From Roseomonas sp. (GTDB taxonomy: Bacteria > Pseudomonadota > Alphaproteobacteria > Acetobacterales > Acetobacteraceae): a stretch of DNA of 48,908 nt. Both the position numbers and the translations under genes were made by a program. Shown here piece by piece: positions 37,471 to 46,643 of the stretch. Position 1 is the first letter of the stretch, and each line of letters starts with the position of its first letter. The notes under the pieces were generated by a model. That model worked only from the letters and a program-made list of their open reading frames with translations. It made no database searches and was not told where the DNA came from. The stretch covers positions 1 to 48,908 of the forward strand of contig CAXVWQ010000507.1 in assembly GCA_964263755.1 (NCBI GenBank), written 5' to 3'.

Positions 37471-38643
37471 TCAATGTTCCGCGAACGACCCGTCGGCGTG
37501 GGCGCGGAACGCAACGGGGATGGGCCGCATCGGGTGGCGTGCGGCGACCTCGGGGATGAGGGCCGTGCCGAGGCCGGGACCGTCCGGGACGGCGACGTAT
37601 CCGCCGTCTCGAACCGGGGTCCGCGTGACGAGGCCCGCCGCGACGTGGTCCAAGGACGCCTCATCATCGGTATAGCGGGCGGTGGGATATTCGAGGAGGA
37701 GTAGGTTCGGCACCGCGGCGGCGAGGTGGAGCGAAGCGGCGGTGGCGACGGGCGAGTAGGTGTTGTGCGGCACGACGTCAACGTCGAAGGCCTCCGCGAG
37801 GGCGGCGACCCGGCGGCCACCAGTGATGCCGCCGCAGAGGGAGAGGCAGGGCCGAAGATAGCGCGCCGCCCCGGCCACGAGCAGATCACGGAACTGGTCA
37901 AGGGCATGGAAGCGCTCACCCGTAGCCACGCCGATGCCGATGCCCACTTGGACGGCCGCCATCGCCGCGATGGAGTCCGGGCGGATCGGATCCTCCAGGA
38001 AGAGCGGATTGAGGTGGGCGATGCGCCGCCCGAAGGCGATGGCCTCCGCCGGCCGCAGCCGCCGATGGATTTCGACGCAGAGGTCGGCCTCGCCGATCGC
38101 CGCCCGCACCGCCTCCAGCGTCGTGACGGCGTCGTGCATCCGGGCGGCGTGGGTGCCGGCGAGCGGGATGGAAAGGTCGTCATCGAGGAAGGGGTTCACG
38201 TGCCCGACGGCGGAGTAGCCCGCCCGCACGAGCAGGACACAGCTTTCGATCAGTTCCTCACGTGTCCGGCCACGCGCTTGGCCGTACACCCGCACGCGGT
38301 CGCGAAGGGGCCCACCGAGGAGGGCATGGATCGGCTCGCCCAGCCGCTGCCCCTTCAGGTCCCAGAGCGCCACGTCCACCGCCGAGACGGCGGCCATGAT
38401 GACGGCGCCAGAATAGCTCCCGAAGCGTCGCATCGCCTGCCAATGCCGCTCGATGGCCTCGGAATCCTCGCCGACGAGGTAGGCGCCGAACTTCGCGATG
38501 GCGGCGGCGGTCGCCTCGATGTGCGACCAAGCACCGGCCTCGCCCACCCCGACCCGGCCATCGCGGGTTTCCACTTGGACGAAGAGATACTTGTCCGCAA
38601 GGACCGGCGCAACGCGGGCGATGAGACGGCCTTTCGCCCCCAT
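37471..38643 (-). CDS. Enolase-superfamily acid-sugar dehydratase-like protein (galactonate dehydratase-like)
   Basis: LFVQVETRDGRVGVGE, SAVDVALWDLKG, VEIHRR, FLEDP, ATGER, VPHN, LLEY. Confidence 0.85.
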   Translation of the reverse strand: MGAKGRLIARVAPVLADKYLFVQVETRDGRVGVGEAGAWSHIEATAAAIAKFGAYLVGEDSEAIERHWQAMRRFGSYSGAVIMAAVSAVDVALWDLKGQRLGEPIHALLGGPLRDRVRVYGQARGRTREELIESCVLLVRAGYSAVGHVNPFLDDDLSIPLAGTHAARMHDAVTTLEAVRAAIGEADLCVEIHRRLRPAEAIAFGRRIAHLNPLFLEDPIRPDSIAAMAAVQVGIGIGVATGERFHALDQFRDLLVAGAARYLRPCLSLCGGITGGRRVAALAEAFDVDVVPHNTYSPVATAASLHLAAAVPNLLLLEYPTARYTDDEASLDHVAAGLVTRTPVRDGGYVAVPDGPGLGTALIPEVAARHPMRPIPVAFRAHADGSFAEH

Positions 38644-38645
38644 GC

Positions 38646-40190
38646 CTAAGACACCTTGAAGTGGTTCAACTGCCAGTCATTGCCGTTCGGCATAACGGCG
38701 GGCTCCAAACCGGCACGGTGGCCGAAGGCAACGACCTCGTTCGTAAGCCAGACCATCGAGGCGGAGGCATCCATCAGCCGCTGCATCTCGACGACCTGTC
38801 GGCCGCGGCCCTCCGCGTCCACGTTGACGAGGCTCTCGGCCTGGAGGCGTGCGAAATTCGGGGAATTCCAGCGGCCCCAGTTCCACTCGCCGATCTGGTC
38901 GGGGACGAACCAGCGGGCATTGAAGTTCGGGTCCACGTGAGCGTTGAAGCGGAGAAAGAACAGCTCCAGCAATCGGCCCGATTCGCCGCGACCGGACGAC
39001 CAGTAGGCGCCGCCCTCCCGCTGGTCCACCTCCAGGTTGATCCCGACCTCGCGTAGCAGCGCCTGAGCGACGAGGGCCATGTTCTGGAAAGCCGGCTCGT
39101 TCAGGATCGTCACCTTCAGCGCCAGCGGCAGTGCGACACCCGAGGCGGCGAGCAGCGCTCGCGCGCGGGCGGCATCGCGTTGGTACACGGGCGCCTCGGG
39201 CCAGTGCCCCACCAATCCCGGTGGGATCATCGCGTTGAGGCGGACGGCGTCGCCCCGGTAACCCGCGGCGACCATCTGGTCTACGTCGAGAGCGGCGCGG
39301 ATGGCCTGCCGGACCGCGGGGTTGTCGAGCGGCGCCCGCTCCATGTTCATGCCGAGCCAAACGAAGCGCTGCCCCGGGCGCTTCCGCACGACGACACCCC
39401 GCGTCCGTGCGAGGGTGTTCGCGGCGGAGATCGAGAGTTCGGTGAAGTCCAGTTCCCGCGACTGGAGCGCGAGTTCGGCCGTCCGCGGGTTGGCGATGTA
39501 GCGGAGGTTGACTGTCGGGATGTGCGCTGGCGGCCCGCCCGCGTAGCCGGGGTTGGCGACGAGGGTGACGCCGCGCCCCGGATTGTAGGCCGTGAGCCGG
39601 TAGGCGCCGGAGCCGACGGGTGACTGGGCGTGGCGAATACCGAGCGCCGCGAGGGCCTTGCGGGAGTGGATGGCGCCCGCGCCACCGACGAGCGCGACGT
39701 TCCAGACGGCGGGCGAGGGCTTCGAGAAGACGAGGCTGCCGGAGTAGGTGTCGTGGACCCGCACTTCCAAGAGGTTCGCCCAGTCGTCGCGGTAGCTGGA
39801 GATCCGCCCGTCGGCCTCGGGGCGGAGGTAGCGCTCGAAGGAGAACTTCACGTCGTCGGCGGTCATCTCGCCGTAGCCGTCGGTGAACATCTGGCCGCGC
39901 TTGAGGGTGAAGGCGATCTCCGTCGGCGAGGCCTGCTCGATCCGCTCGGCCGCGTCGAGCTCCCGCACGTACTCGCCGGGACGGTAGGAAACGAGGCGCT
40001 GGAACACCGCGCGGATGACGTTGCCGTCCACCTGGCCCGTGCGGAACGGCGGGTCGAGGTTCTGCACGTCGCGGTCTATGCGGACGGAGAGCGCGGCGCC
40101 GTCCTGGGCGCGCGAGAGCCGCGGGGCAAGGACGCCGGCGGCCCCGCCGGCGAGGACCGCGCGGCGGCCCGGGGAGTCGTGCTGCGTCAT
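38646..40190 (-). CDS. ABC transporter substrate-binding protein, family 5 (Dpp/Opp-like)
   Basis: GRRAVLAGG leader, NLDP, MTADDVKFSFER, PVGSGAYRL, VRQAIRAALD. Confidence 0.9.
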   Translation of the reverse strand: MTQHDSPGRRAVLAGGAAGVLAPRLSRAQDGAALSVRIDRDVQNLDPPFRTGQVDGNVIRAVFQRLVSYRPGEYVRELDAAERIEQASPTEIAFTLKRGQMFTDGYGEMTADDVKFSFERYLRPEADGRISSYRDDWANLLEVRVHDTYSGSLVFSKPSPAVWNVALVGGAGAIHSRKALAALGIRHAQSPVGSGAYRLTAYNPGRGVTLVANPGYAGGPPAHIPTVNLRYIANPRTAELALQSRELDFTELSISAANTLARTRGVVVRKRPGQRFVWLGMNMERAPLDNPAVRQAIRAALDVDQMVAAGYRGDAVRLNAMIPPGLVGHWPEAPVYQRDAARARALLAASGVALPLALKVTILNEPAFQNMALVAQALLREVGINLEVDQREGGAYWSSGRGESGRLLELFFLRFNAHVDPNFNARWFVPDQIGEWNWGRWNSPNFARLQAESLVNVDAEGRGRQVVEMQRLMDASASMVWLTNEVVAFGHRAGLEPAVMPNGNDWQLNHFKVS

Positions 40191-41185
40191 GGGATCGTCT
40201 CCTGGAGGGTCGGGGCCGGGCCGTCGGGCGCGCCCGGCAGCGCGAGCGAGTAGGGATAGTGGCAGCGGACGAGGCGCCCCGGGCCGATCGGGAGGAGGTC
40301 GGGGAGGTCGCGCGCGCAACGGGGCTGCGCGACGGGGCAGCGCGTGTGGAAGCGGCAGCCCGGCGGGATGGCCGCGTTGCTCGGGATCTCCCCCTTGAGG
40401 ACCACGGGCGGCGCGAGACCACCGGCGGAGAGGAGCGGGTTCGTGGAGATGAGGGTCGCGGCGTAGGGGTGCGCCGGGCGGGCGAAGAGGAGCGGCGTCG
40501 GCGCGTCCTCGATGACCTGCCCGAGATACATCACGACGGTGCGGTGGGTGACCCGGCGCACGACGTGGAGGTTATGGCTCACCATGAGGAGGGTGAGCCC
40601 CATCTCCCGCCCGAAGCCGAGAAGGAGGTTCAGGAGTTCCCCCTGCACCGAGACGTCGAGCCCCGCCGTCGGCTCGTCCGCGACGAGGAGCGAAGGCCGC
40701 GGCAGCAGCGCCCGGATCACGCCGACCCGCCGTGCCTGCCCGCCGGAGATCTCGTGGGGGTAGCGCGAGAGGATGGAGGGGGGGAGGCGGAGGGTGCCGA
40801 GGAGTTCCTGGATGCGCGCCTCCGTCGCGTCGCGGTCGAGGCCATGGATCGGCACGGCTTCCCGAAGCAGGCCGCCGATGCTCATGCGGGGGGACAGCGT
40901 CGCGGCGGCGTCCTGCATGAGCATCCCCACCCGCCGCCGAAAGGCCGCCCTGTCCGCTCGCGCCGGCGCGAAAGGCGAAAGGCCGAGGACGGTGGCCGCG
41001 CCGGCCGTCGGGTGCGTGAGCCCGGCGAGGACGCGGCAGAGCGTCGTCTTCCCCGATCCGGATTCGCCGACGACGCCGATCGTGTCGCCCGCCGCCACGT
41101 CCAGCGACACGTGGTCGAGGGCGTGGATCCGGCCGCCGAAGACGACGCTCACGCCGTCGAGGCGGATGGCGGGGGCGGCGGTCAC
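40187..41185 (-). CDS. Peptide/nickel ABC transporter ATP-binding protein (DppF/OppF-like)
   Basis: GESGSGKTT, ISGGQARR, ADEPTAGLDVSVQ, GCRFHTRCP. Confidence 0.92.
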   Translation of the reverse strand: MTAAPAIRLDGVSVVFGGRIHALDHVSLDVAAGDTIGVVGESGSGKTTLCRVLAGLTHPTAGAATVLGLSPFAPARADRAAFRRRVGMLMQDAAATLSPRMSIGGLLREAVPIHGLDRDATEARIQELLGTLRLPPSILSRYPHEISGGQARRVGVIRALLPRPSLLVADEPTAGLDVSVQGELLNLLLGFGREMGLTLLMVSHNLHVVRRVTHRTVVMYLGQVIEDAPTPLLFARPAHPYAATLISTNPLLSAGGLAPPVVLKGEIPSNAAIPPGCRFHTRCPVAQPRCARDLPDLLPIGPGRLVRCHYPYSLALPGAPDGPAPTLQETIP

Positions 41186-42159
41186 GCCGCGATCTCCTCC
41201 AACCGCGCGCAGGCGGCTGCCTGATCGCCCCGGAAGGACCGGAGCGGCGGCATCGCGGTGAGGCAAACCGGCGCGGCGTGCGGGCAGCGTGGGGCGAAGA
41301 TGCAGCCGGGCGGGGTCTCGACGGGCTCCGGCACCCGTCCCGGGATGAAGCGCAGCGGCACGTCGGGGGGCGCGTCGTCCACCTCGCAGGCGACGAGGGC
41401 GCGGGCGTAGGGGTGGAGCGGGCGGAGGAGCACGTCGCGCACCGGCCCGCGCTCCACGACGTGGCCGCCATACATCACCGCCACCTCGTCGCAGAGCCGC
41501 AGCACGGTGCCGAGGTGGTGCGAGATGAAGATGATCGTCCCGGAGATCTCCCGTCGCAGCCCGATCATCAGCTCGATGATCTGCGCCTCGATCGTCGCGT
41601 CGAGCGCGGTCGTCGGCTCGTCGGCGATGAGGAGGTCGGGGCGGCAGATCAGCGCCATCGCGATCGTCACGCGCTGGCGCATCCCGCCGGAGAGGGCGCC
41701 GGGATAGTCGTCCAGCCGCCGCCCGGGGTCCGGGAGCCCCACCCGCGCGAGCGCCTCCGCCGCGATGCGGCGCGCCTCGGCCCGCGACGCGCCGGGGTGC
41801 CGGCGCCGGACGACGTCCGCAAGGAGGGTGCCGACGCGAAAGACGGGATTGAGCGCCGTCATCGGGTCCTGGAAGATCATCGCGAGCCGGCGCCCGCGGA
41901 GCGACCGCATCGCCGCGGGGTCGAGCGACAGCAGGTCCACGCCGTCGAGAAGGATGCGCCCCTCGACGCGGAGCGAGGGGTCCAGCAGCCCCATGACCGC
42001 GTTGACGAAGGAGGACTTGCCCGACCCGGACTCCCCGACGATGCCAAGGACGCGCCCGCGCGGAAGGTCGAGGTCCACACCGCGGAGGATCGCCGCGGAC
42101 CCACGGCTCGTCATCGCGGTCAGGCGGAGGCCGCGGACGGAGAGGAGGGGCTCAGCCAA
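41182..42159 (-). CDS. Peptide/nickel ABC transporter ATP-binding protein (DppD/OppD-like)
   Basis: GESGSGKS, IFQDPMTALNP, LSGGMRQR, ADEPTTALD, GCIFAPRC. Confidence 0.92.
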   Translation of the reverse strand: MAEPLLSVRGLRLTAMTSRGSAAILRGVDLDLPRGRVLGIVGESGSGKSSFVNAVMGLLDPSLRVEGRILLDGVDLLSLDPAAMRSLRGRRLAMIFQDPMTALNPVFRVGTLLADVVRRRHPGASRAEARRIAAEALARVGLPDPGRRLDDYPGALSGGMRQRVTIAMALICRPDLLIADEPTTALDATIEAQIIELMIGLRREISGTIIFISHHLGTVLRLCDEVAVMYGGHVVERGPVRDVLLRPLHPYARALVACEVDDAPPDVPLRFIPGRVPEPVETPPGCIFAPRCPHAAPVCLTAMPPLRSFRGDQAAACARLEEIAA

Positions 42160-43015
42160 CCCGCGGATCCCCCCCGGAACGCGGGTCCACGGCGCGCCGC
42201 ACCGCCTCCCCGAACAGGGTGAAGCCGAGGGTCGCGAGGGCGAGGGCGGCGCTTGAGACGAGGACGGGCAGGACCGTCTCCGTCATGTTCTGGTACCCGT
42301 CCTGCAGCAGCCCGCCCCAGCTCGCGAGCGGGGGCCGCAGCCCGAGCCCGAGGAAGGAGAGGCCGGCCTCGATCGCGATGACGATGGGGATGTCGAGGGA
42401 GGCGATGACGACGAGCGGCGGGAGGATGTTCGGGACGACGTGGAAGAGGAGGATGCGGGTCTCCGACGCCCCGAGCACCGTCTCGGCCTCGATGTAGGGC
42501 TCATTCCGCACCGAGAGCACCTGCGCCCGCGCCACGCGGCCGAAATGCGGGACGAGGCTGACGGCGATGACCGCGACGAGGGTCGGCAGGGAGGGGCCGA
42601 GGACGGCGACGGCGCCGAGGGCGAGGATCACGCTCGGGAAGGAGGAGACGGAATCGAAGGCGACGAGGACGAGCCGCTCGACCGGCCCCGCGAGGTAGGC
42701 CGAGAGGATGCCGAGCCCCGCGCCGACGACGAGGGCGAGGGCGATGACCGAGAGTGCGACGAGGAGGGCGACCCGCGTCCCGAAGACGTGCCGGCTGAGG
42801 AGGTCGCGCCCGAGCTGGTCGGTGCCGAGAAGGTGCTCCGCGGAGGGCGGGGCGAAGCGGTTGAGGACGTCGAGCCGGTTCGGGTCATGCGGCGCGAGGA
42901 CGGGCGCGAGAACCGCGACGAGGCACAGCGCGACGACGAGCGCGAGGCCGATCGCTCCGCCGGGATGCGCGGCGATGCGACGCAGCGGCCGTCCGAGGGC
43001 CGCGAGGGCGCCCAA
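42152..43015 (-). CDS. Peptide ABC transporter permease (DppC/OppC-like)
   Basis: HLLGTDQLGRDLLSR, YIEAETVLGAS, EAGLSFLGLG, SWG. Confidence 0.92.
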   Translation of the reverse strand: MGALAALGRPLRRIAAHPGGAIGLALVVALCLVAVLAPVLAPHDPNRLDVLNRFAPPSAEHLLGTDQLGRDLLSRHVFGTRVALLVALSVIALALVVGAGLGILSAYLAGPVERLVLVAFDSVSSFPSVILALGAVAVLGPSLPTLVAVIAVSLVPHFGRVARAQVLSVRNEPYIEAETVLGASETRILLFHVVPNILPPLVVIASLDIPIVIAIEAGLSFLGLGLRPPLASWGGLLQDGYQNMTETVLPVLVSSAALALATLGFTLFGEAVRRAVDPRSGGDPRVG

Positions 43016-43020
43016 CGGGT

Positions 43021-43977
43021 TCAGCGCCGCGCCCCCCGGATGCGCGGATCGAACAGCGCGTAGGCGAGCTCCGTGAGGAGGTTCACGGCGACGAAGATGA
43101 CGACGACGACGAAGACCGTGCCCTGGAGAACGGAGAAGTTGCGGGCCTGGAGGGCGTCGTAGAGGACGCTCCCGAGGCCCTGGCGGGCGAAGAGGATCTC
43201 GATCAGCACCGCGCCGCCGAGGAGGCGCCCGACGCCCATCCCGACGACCGCGACGGTCGGCAGCACCGCGTTCTTCAAGGCGTACTTGTAGAGCACGAGC
43301 CGTTCCGGGATGCCGTAGGCGCGGACGGTGCGGACGTGGTTCTGCACGAGCGTCTCGAGCATGGAGGTTCGCACGAGGCGGGCGATGATGCCGATCCAGC
43401 CGAGCGCGAGGGCGACGGTCGGGAGGATCATGCCGAGGAGGCGGTCGCCGATCCCCTCGTCCTCCCCGCCGCCGAGGACGGGGAGCCAGTCCAGCCAGAC
43501 GGAGAAGGTGACGAGGAGGACGATGCCGAGGATGAAGCTCGGCACCGAGACGAAGACGACCGAGACGGCGGCAATGAGGACGTCGGCGACGGAACCCGGT
43601 CGGACGGCGCTCCAGACCCCCGCGGGGATGCCGACGAGGCAGGCAAGACCCATGGCCGCGACGGCGAGGGCGAAGGTGTTGGGGAGCGCGGCGAGGACGA
43701 TCGCGTTCACGCTGCGTCCGGAGACGACGTCCGTGCCGAGGTCGCCCGCCGCGACCCGGGAGAAGAACCGCCAGAGCCGGATGTGGACTGGCTGGTCGAG
43801 GCCCATCTCCGCGACAAAGCGCCGGGCATATTCCGGCGTGGCAAGGGGACCGAGTAGCGCCGTCGCGGGATCGCCGGGCACGAAGCTCAGGAGAACGACG
43901 ATGAGGGTCATCGCGCCGAGCACGGCGAGCATCGCCGTGACGAGGCGGCTCACGAGGTGGCGTTCGGTGTGCCTCAT
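43021..43977 (-). CDS. Peptide ABC transporter permease (DppB/OppB-like)
   Basis: PGDPA, GLDQP, GDLGT, ARLVRTSMLE, YALKNAVLP, IEILF. Confidence 0.92.
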   Translation of the reverse strand: MRHTERHLVSRLVTAMLAVLGAMTLIVVLLSFVPGDPATALLGPLATPEYARRFVAEMGLDQPVHIRLWRFFSRVAAGDLGTDVVSGRSVNAIVLAALPNTFALAVAAMGLACLVGIPAGVWSAVRPGSVADVLIAAVSVVFVSVPSFILGIVLLVTFSVWLDWLPVLGGGEDEGIGDRLLGMILPTVALALGWIGIIARLVRTSMLETLVQNHVRTVRAYGIPERLVLYKYALKNAVLPTVAVVGMGVGRLLGGAVLIEILFARQGLGSVLYDALQARNFSVLQGTVFVVVVIFVAVNLLTELAYALFDPRIRGARR

Positions 43978-44070
43978 CCGTCAGCCCCGCGGCGACGCGG
44001 TTCCGGGGGGCTCATGGCACGCTCCCTCGCAAGAGATGCGCCGCGCTAAGGATGCGTCGCGGCTCCGGGC

Positions 44071-45648
44071 TCACGCTGCGCGGCTCCGGCCGGACCGAGC
44101 CGCGGCCATGGGGCTGGAGAAGAGGTGGAAGACGTCGTCCACGCCCTCGATGATGGAATGGGGGACAAGCCGACCCATCATCTCCGGGGAGGTCAGGGCG
44201 GTGCCGATGGCTTCCACTTCCGCCGAAAGCGGCCGGTCCGTCCGGTAGAAAGCCGCGTGCTCCCGCACGACGCCGTGGATCAGTCCCGGCACATTCCCGG
44301 GCGCATCGCCCGAGAGGTCCATCGCCTGCGCCGCCAGCAGGGCCTCGATGGCCGCGAGGCGGTGCATCGCGACGATCTGCTCCCCCAGTCGCTCCACGAC
44401 GAGCGGGAGGAACGCCGCCTCATCCTCCATCCCATGCGCCACGACGAGCGATTGCATGGAGACCGGGGCGGCGAGCGTCAGGACACGCACGAAGAGGTCA
44501 CCCGCGAGCTTTATCACCGGCCCGAACCCCGTCGCGACGGTTCCCGGGGCGACGAGGTTGACCGGCAGGTTCCGCCGCCCGCCGTTGCCCAGCAGCACGC
44601 AGCGGTTGAACGCGTTGCGTGCCACGTGCGCGAGCGACACTTGCACGGTCTGGAGGAAGAGGGTGACGTCGAGCGGGAGCGAGCCCCCGGAGCTGAGGAC
44701 GCGGTTCTCCACGACGACGGGGTTGTCGTCCGTCCGCCCCGTGGCCGCGAGAGTGGTGCGGCCGGAGACACGGAGCGCCTCGAAGGCCGTGCCGAAGACC
44801 TGCGCCATCATCCGGAGGCTCAGCGGGTCCTGGACGTGAGTGGCGTCGGGCCAGTCCCAGCCCTCGGCGTTGCGGCAGAGCCAGTCTCCGATCGAGGCCT
44901 CCCGCTCGGTGCCGACATGGGCCACGGCCCGCCAAGGATCGCGTGCGGCACCGAGCGCCCCCGCGGCCGTCAACCCGGTCGCGAGCAGGAGCCGCACGGC
45001 GTAGGCCGCATCTCGCGTGGCTTCCGCCGCCGCCGCGTAGGCGACCGCGTTCGTGGAAATGGCGGCGAGGCTGTCCCGCGGCGCGAGGGCGACCGGGTGC
45101 AGACCGGCGGCGGCGAGCGCCGTCTCGGCCGGCAGCCGCCGCCCGTGGTGGACGGCCTCGCCCACCCCCGTCAGCACCGCGCCGATCTGTCCCATGAGGC
45201 CGATGTCGGCGCAGCCGATCGAGCCAGTGCGGCGCACCACCGGGACGACGTCGGCCGCGAGGAGGCGGAGGAAGGCCTCCACGAGGTCGGTCGTGCAGCC
45301 GACCCGGCCGGTCAGGGCCATGTTCACCCGGATCGCCATCGCGTTCCGCACGATCGGGAGCGGGAAGGGCTCCCCCGTGCCGAAGTGGTGCGCGCGCACC
45401 AAGCCAGCGTTGAAGGCCGCGAGCTGGCCAGGCGTCCACTCCACGTCCTTCATGGCGCCGACGCCCGTGTTCGCGCCGTAGACGGGGTGGCCGGCGCGGA
45501 TCTCCCCCTCCAGCACGGTCCGCGCGGCGCGGACCCGCCCCATCGCGGCCGGGTCGGCGACGAGCGCAGCGGTGCCGCTGCCGATGAGGCACAACGCCGC
45601 GAAGTCCAGCGGTCGTCCGTCCAGCACGAAGGTCGTCGGCAGAGTCAC
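44071..45648 (-). CDS. Aromatic amino acid lyase (HAL/PAL fold) lacking the Ala-Ser-Gly MIO tripeptide; ergothionase-like
   Basis: [23 protein letters not shown] (canonical GSVGASGDL), [30 protein letters not shown]; GTG start overlapping the upstream stop. Confidence 0.85.
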   Translation of the reverse strand: MTLPTTFVLDGRPLDFAALCLIGSGTAALVADPAAMGRVRAARTVLEGEIRAGHPVYGANTGVGAMKDVEWTPGQLAAFNAGLVRAHHFGTGEPFPLPIVRNAMAIRVNMALTGRVGCTTDLVEAFLRLLAADVVPVVRRTGSIGCADIGLMGQIGAVLTGVGEAVHHGRRLPAETALAAAGLHPVALAPRDSLAAISTNAVAYAAAAEATRDAAYAVRLLLATGLTAAGALGAARDPWRAVAHVGTEREASIGDWLCRNAEGWDWPDATHVQDPLSLRMMAQVFGTAFEALRVSGRTTLAATGRTDDNPVVVENRVLSSGGSLPLDVTLFLQTVQVSLAHVARNAFNRCVLLGNGGRRNLPVNLVAPGTVATGFGPVIKLAGDLFVRVLTLAAPVSMQSLVVAHGMEDEAAFLPLVVERLGEQIVAMHRLAAIEALLAAQAMDLSGDAPGNVPGLIHGVVREHAAFYRTDRPLSAEVEAIGTALTSPEMMGRLVPHSIIEGVDDVFHLFSSPMAAARSGRSRAA

Positions 45649-46508
45649 GCTCCGTCCCCACCTTTCGCTATCCGGGTAATCCCCCACTCTGCCATCATCG
45701 TCAGGATTGTGGGATATCCCAGATGTGGGACACTTGGCACCAGTGGGATGCGGGTCGCCGCGGAGGCAGGGGCGAGCGGCCCGTCGCGCTTCATGCACTC
45801 CAGCGCTCCCTCCAGCTGCGCCCGCAGCGCCGTCGAGGCGCGGGGGAAGGGCATGGACCAGACGAGGCCCGTGCGGTGGAGGTAGGAGGGCTTCAGCCGC
45901 GCGTTGTTCTTCGCGATCCAGCCGACGACGGTGGACGCCGTGACGTTGGCGTAGGCGCGGCCCGACAGGATCGCCTGCGCCGCGTCGGTCGAGGACGCGA
46001 AGGACTGCGTGGTCCAGCCCGTCGTCGCGGCCTGCTCCTGCACCCAGCGCTCGTAGATGGAGCCGGACTGCACCGCGATGACGCGCCCCCGCAGTTCCGC
46101 GAGGTTCGTGATCTCCGGCGCCGAGCGGAGGGTGAGGAAGCGGAAATCCGCGTCCACGAAGCCCTCCAGGAACAGCATCTGCTCCGCCCGCTCCGGCGTC
46201 ACCGTCACGACGGCGACGAGGAAGTCGTAGGTGCCCGCCTGCATCGCGGGGATGAGGCCGGCGAAGCCCGCGCCGGTCACCTCGATGGGGCGGCCGATGC
46301 AACGCGACATCTCCTGCGCCACGTCAATGTTGAAGCCCTCCAGCCCGCCCTGCACCCGCGGCATCGCGTGCGGCGCGAAGGTCGCGTCGATGGCGGCCCG
46401 CAGGGGGCGGGTGTCCTGCGCCGCGGCGGGCCGGACCTCCGCGCCGGGCAGCCCGCCGGCGAGGCCGGCCAGGAGGCCGAGGGCGGCGAAGGTGCCACGC
46501 TTCATCAT
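45645..46508 (-). CDS. Polar amino-acid ABC substrate-binding protein (family 3), C-terminus apparently truncated
   Basis: [51 protein letters not shown]; the usual terminal KWFG helix is missing and the frame reads on through an AT-richer segment. Confidence 0.75.
   Translation of the reverse strand: MMKRGTFAALGLLAGLAGGLPGAEVRPAAAQDTRPLRAAIDATFAPHAMPRVQGGLEGFNIDVAQEMSRCIGRPIEVTGAGFAGLIPAMQAGTYDFLVAVVTVTPERAEQMLFLEGFVDADFRFLTLRSAPEITNLAELRGRVIAVQSGSIYERWVQEQAATTGWTTQSFASSTDAAQAILSGRAYANVTASTVVGWIAKNNARLKPSYLHRTGLVWSMPFPRASTALRAQLEGALECMKRDGPLAPASAATRIPLVPSVPHLGYPTILTMMAEWGITRIAKGGDGA
45710..45721. promoter_or_regulatory. Palindromic operator candidate upstream of the lyase
   Basis: Perfect 12-bp palindrome TGGGATATCCCA, followed by further TGGGA half-sites at about 45726 and 45744. 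Confidence 0.45.
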
Positions 46509-46643
46509 GTCGGGATGCTCCTGAGAGCCACCAGGGCCGAGGACGAGAGTGAGGCAAGCCGCACGCCGGGTTCAGCGCGGCCCTGCCGAAGGGCCCCATC
46601 GGCATTTCCGAAGGGAGCCCGGGCCGCTACCCTGGTTCGCTCG

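Noticed and set aside
44015-44031. TGGCACG...TCGCA sigma-54-like promoter
   Set aside because: GG-GC spacing is off by one base and it faces away from the minus-strand genes.
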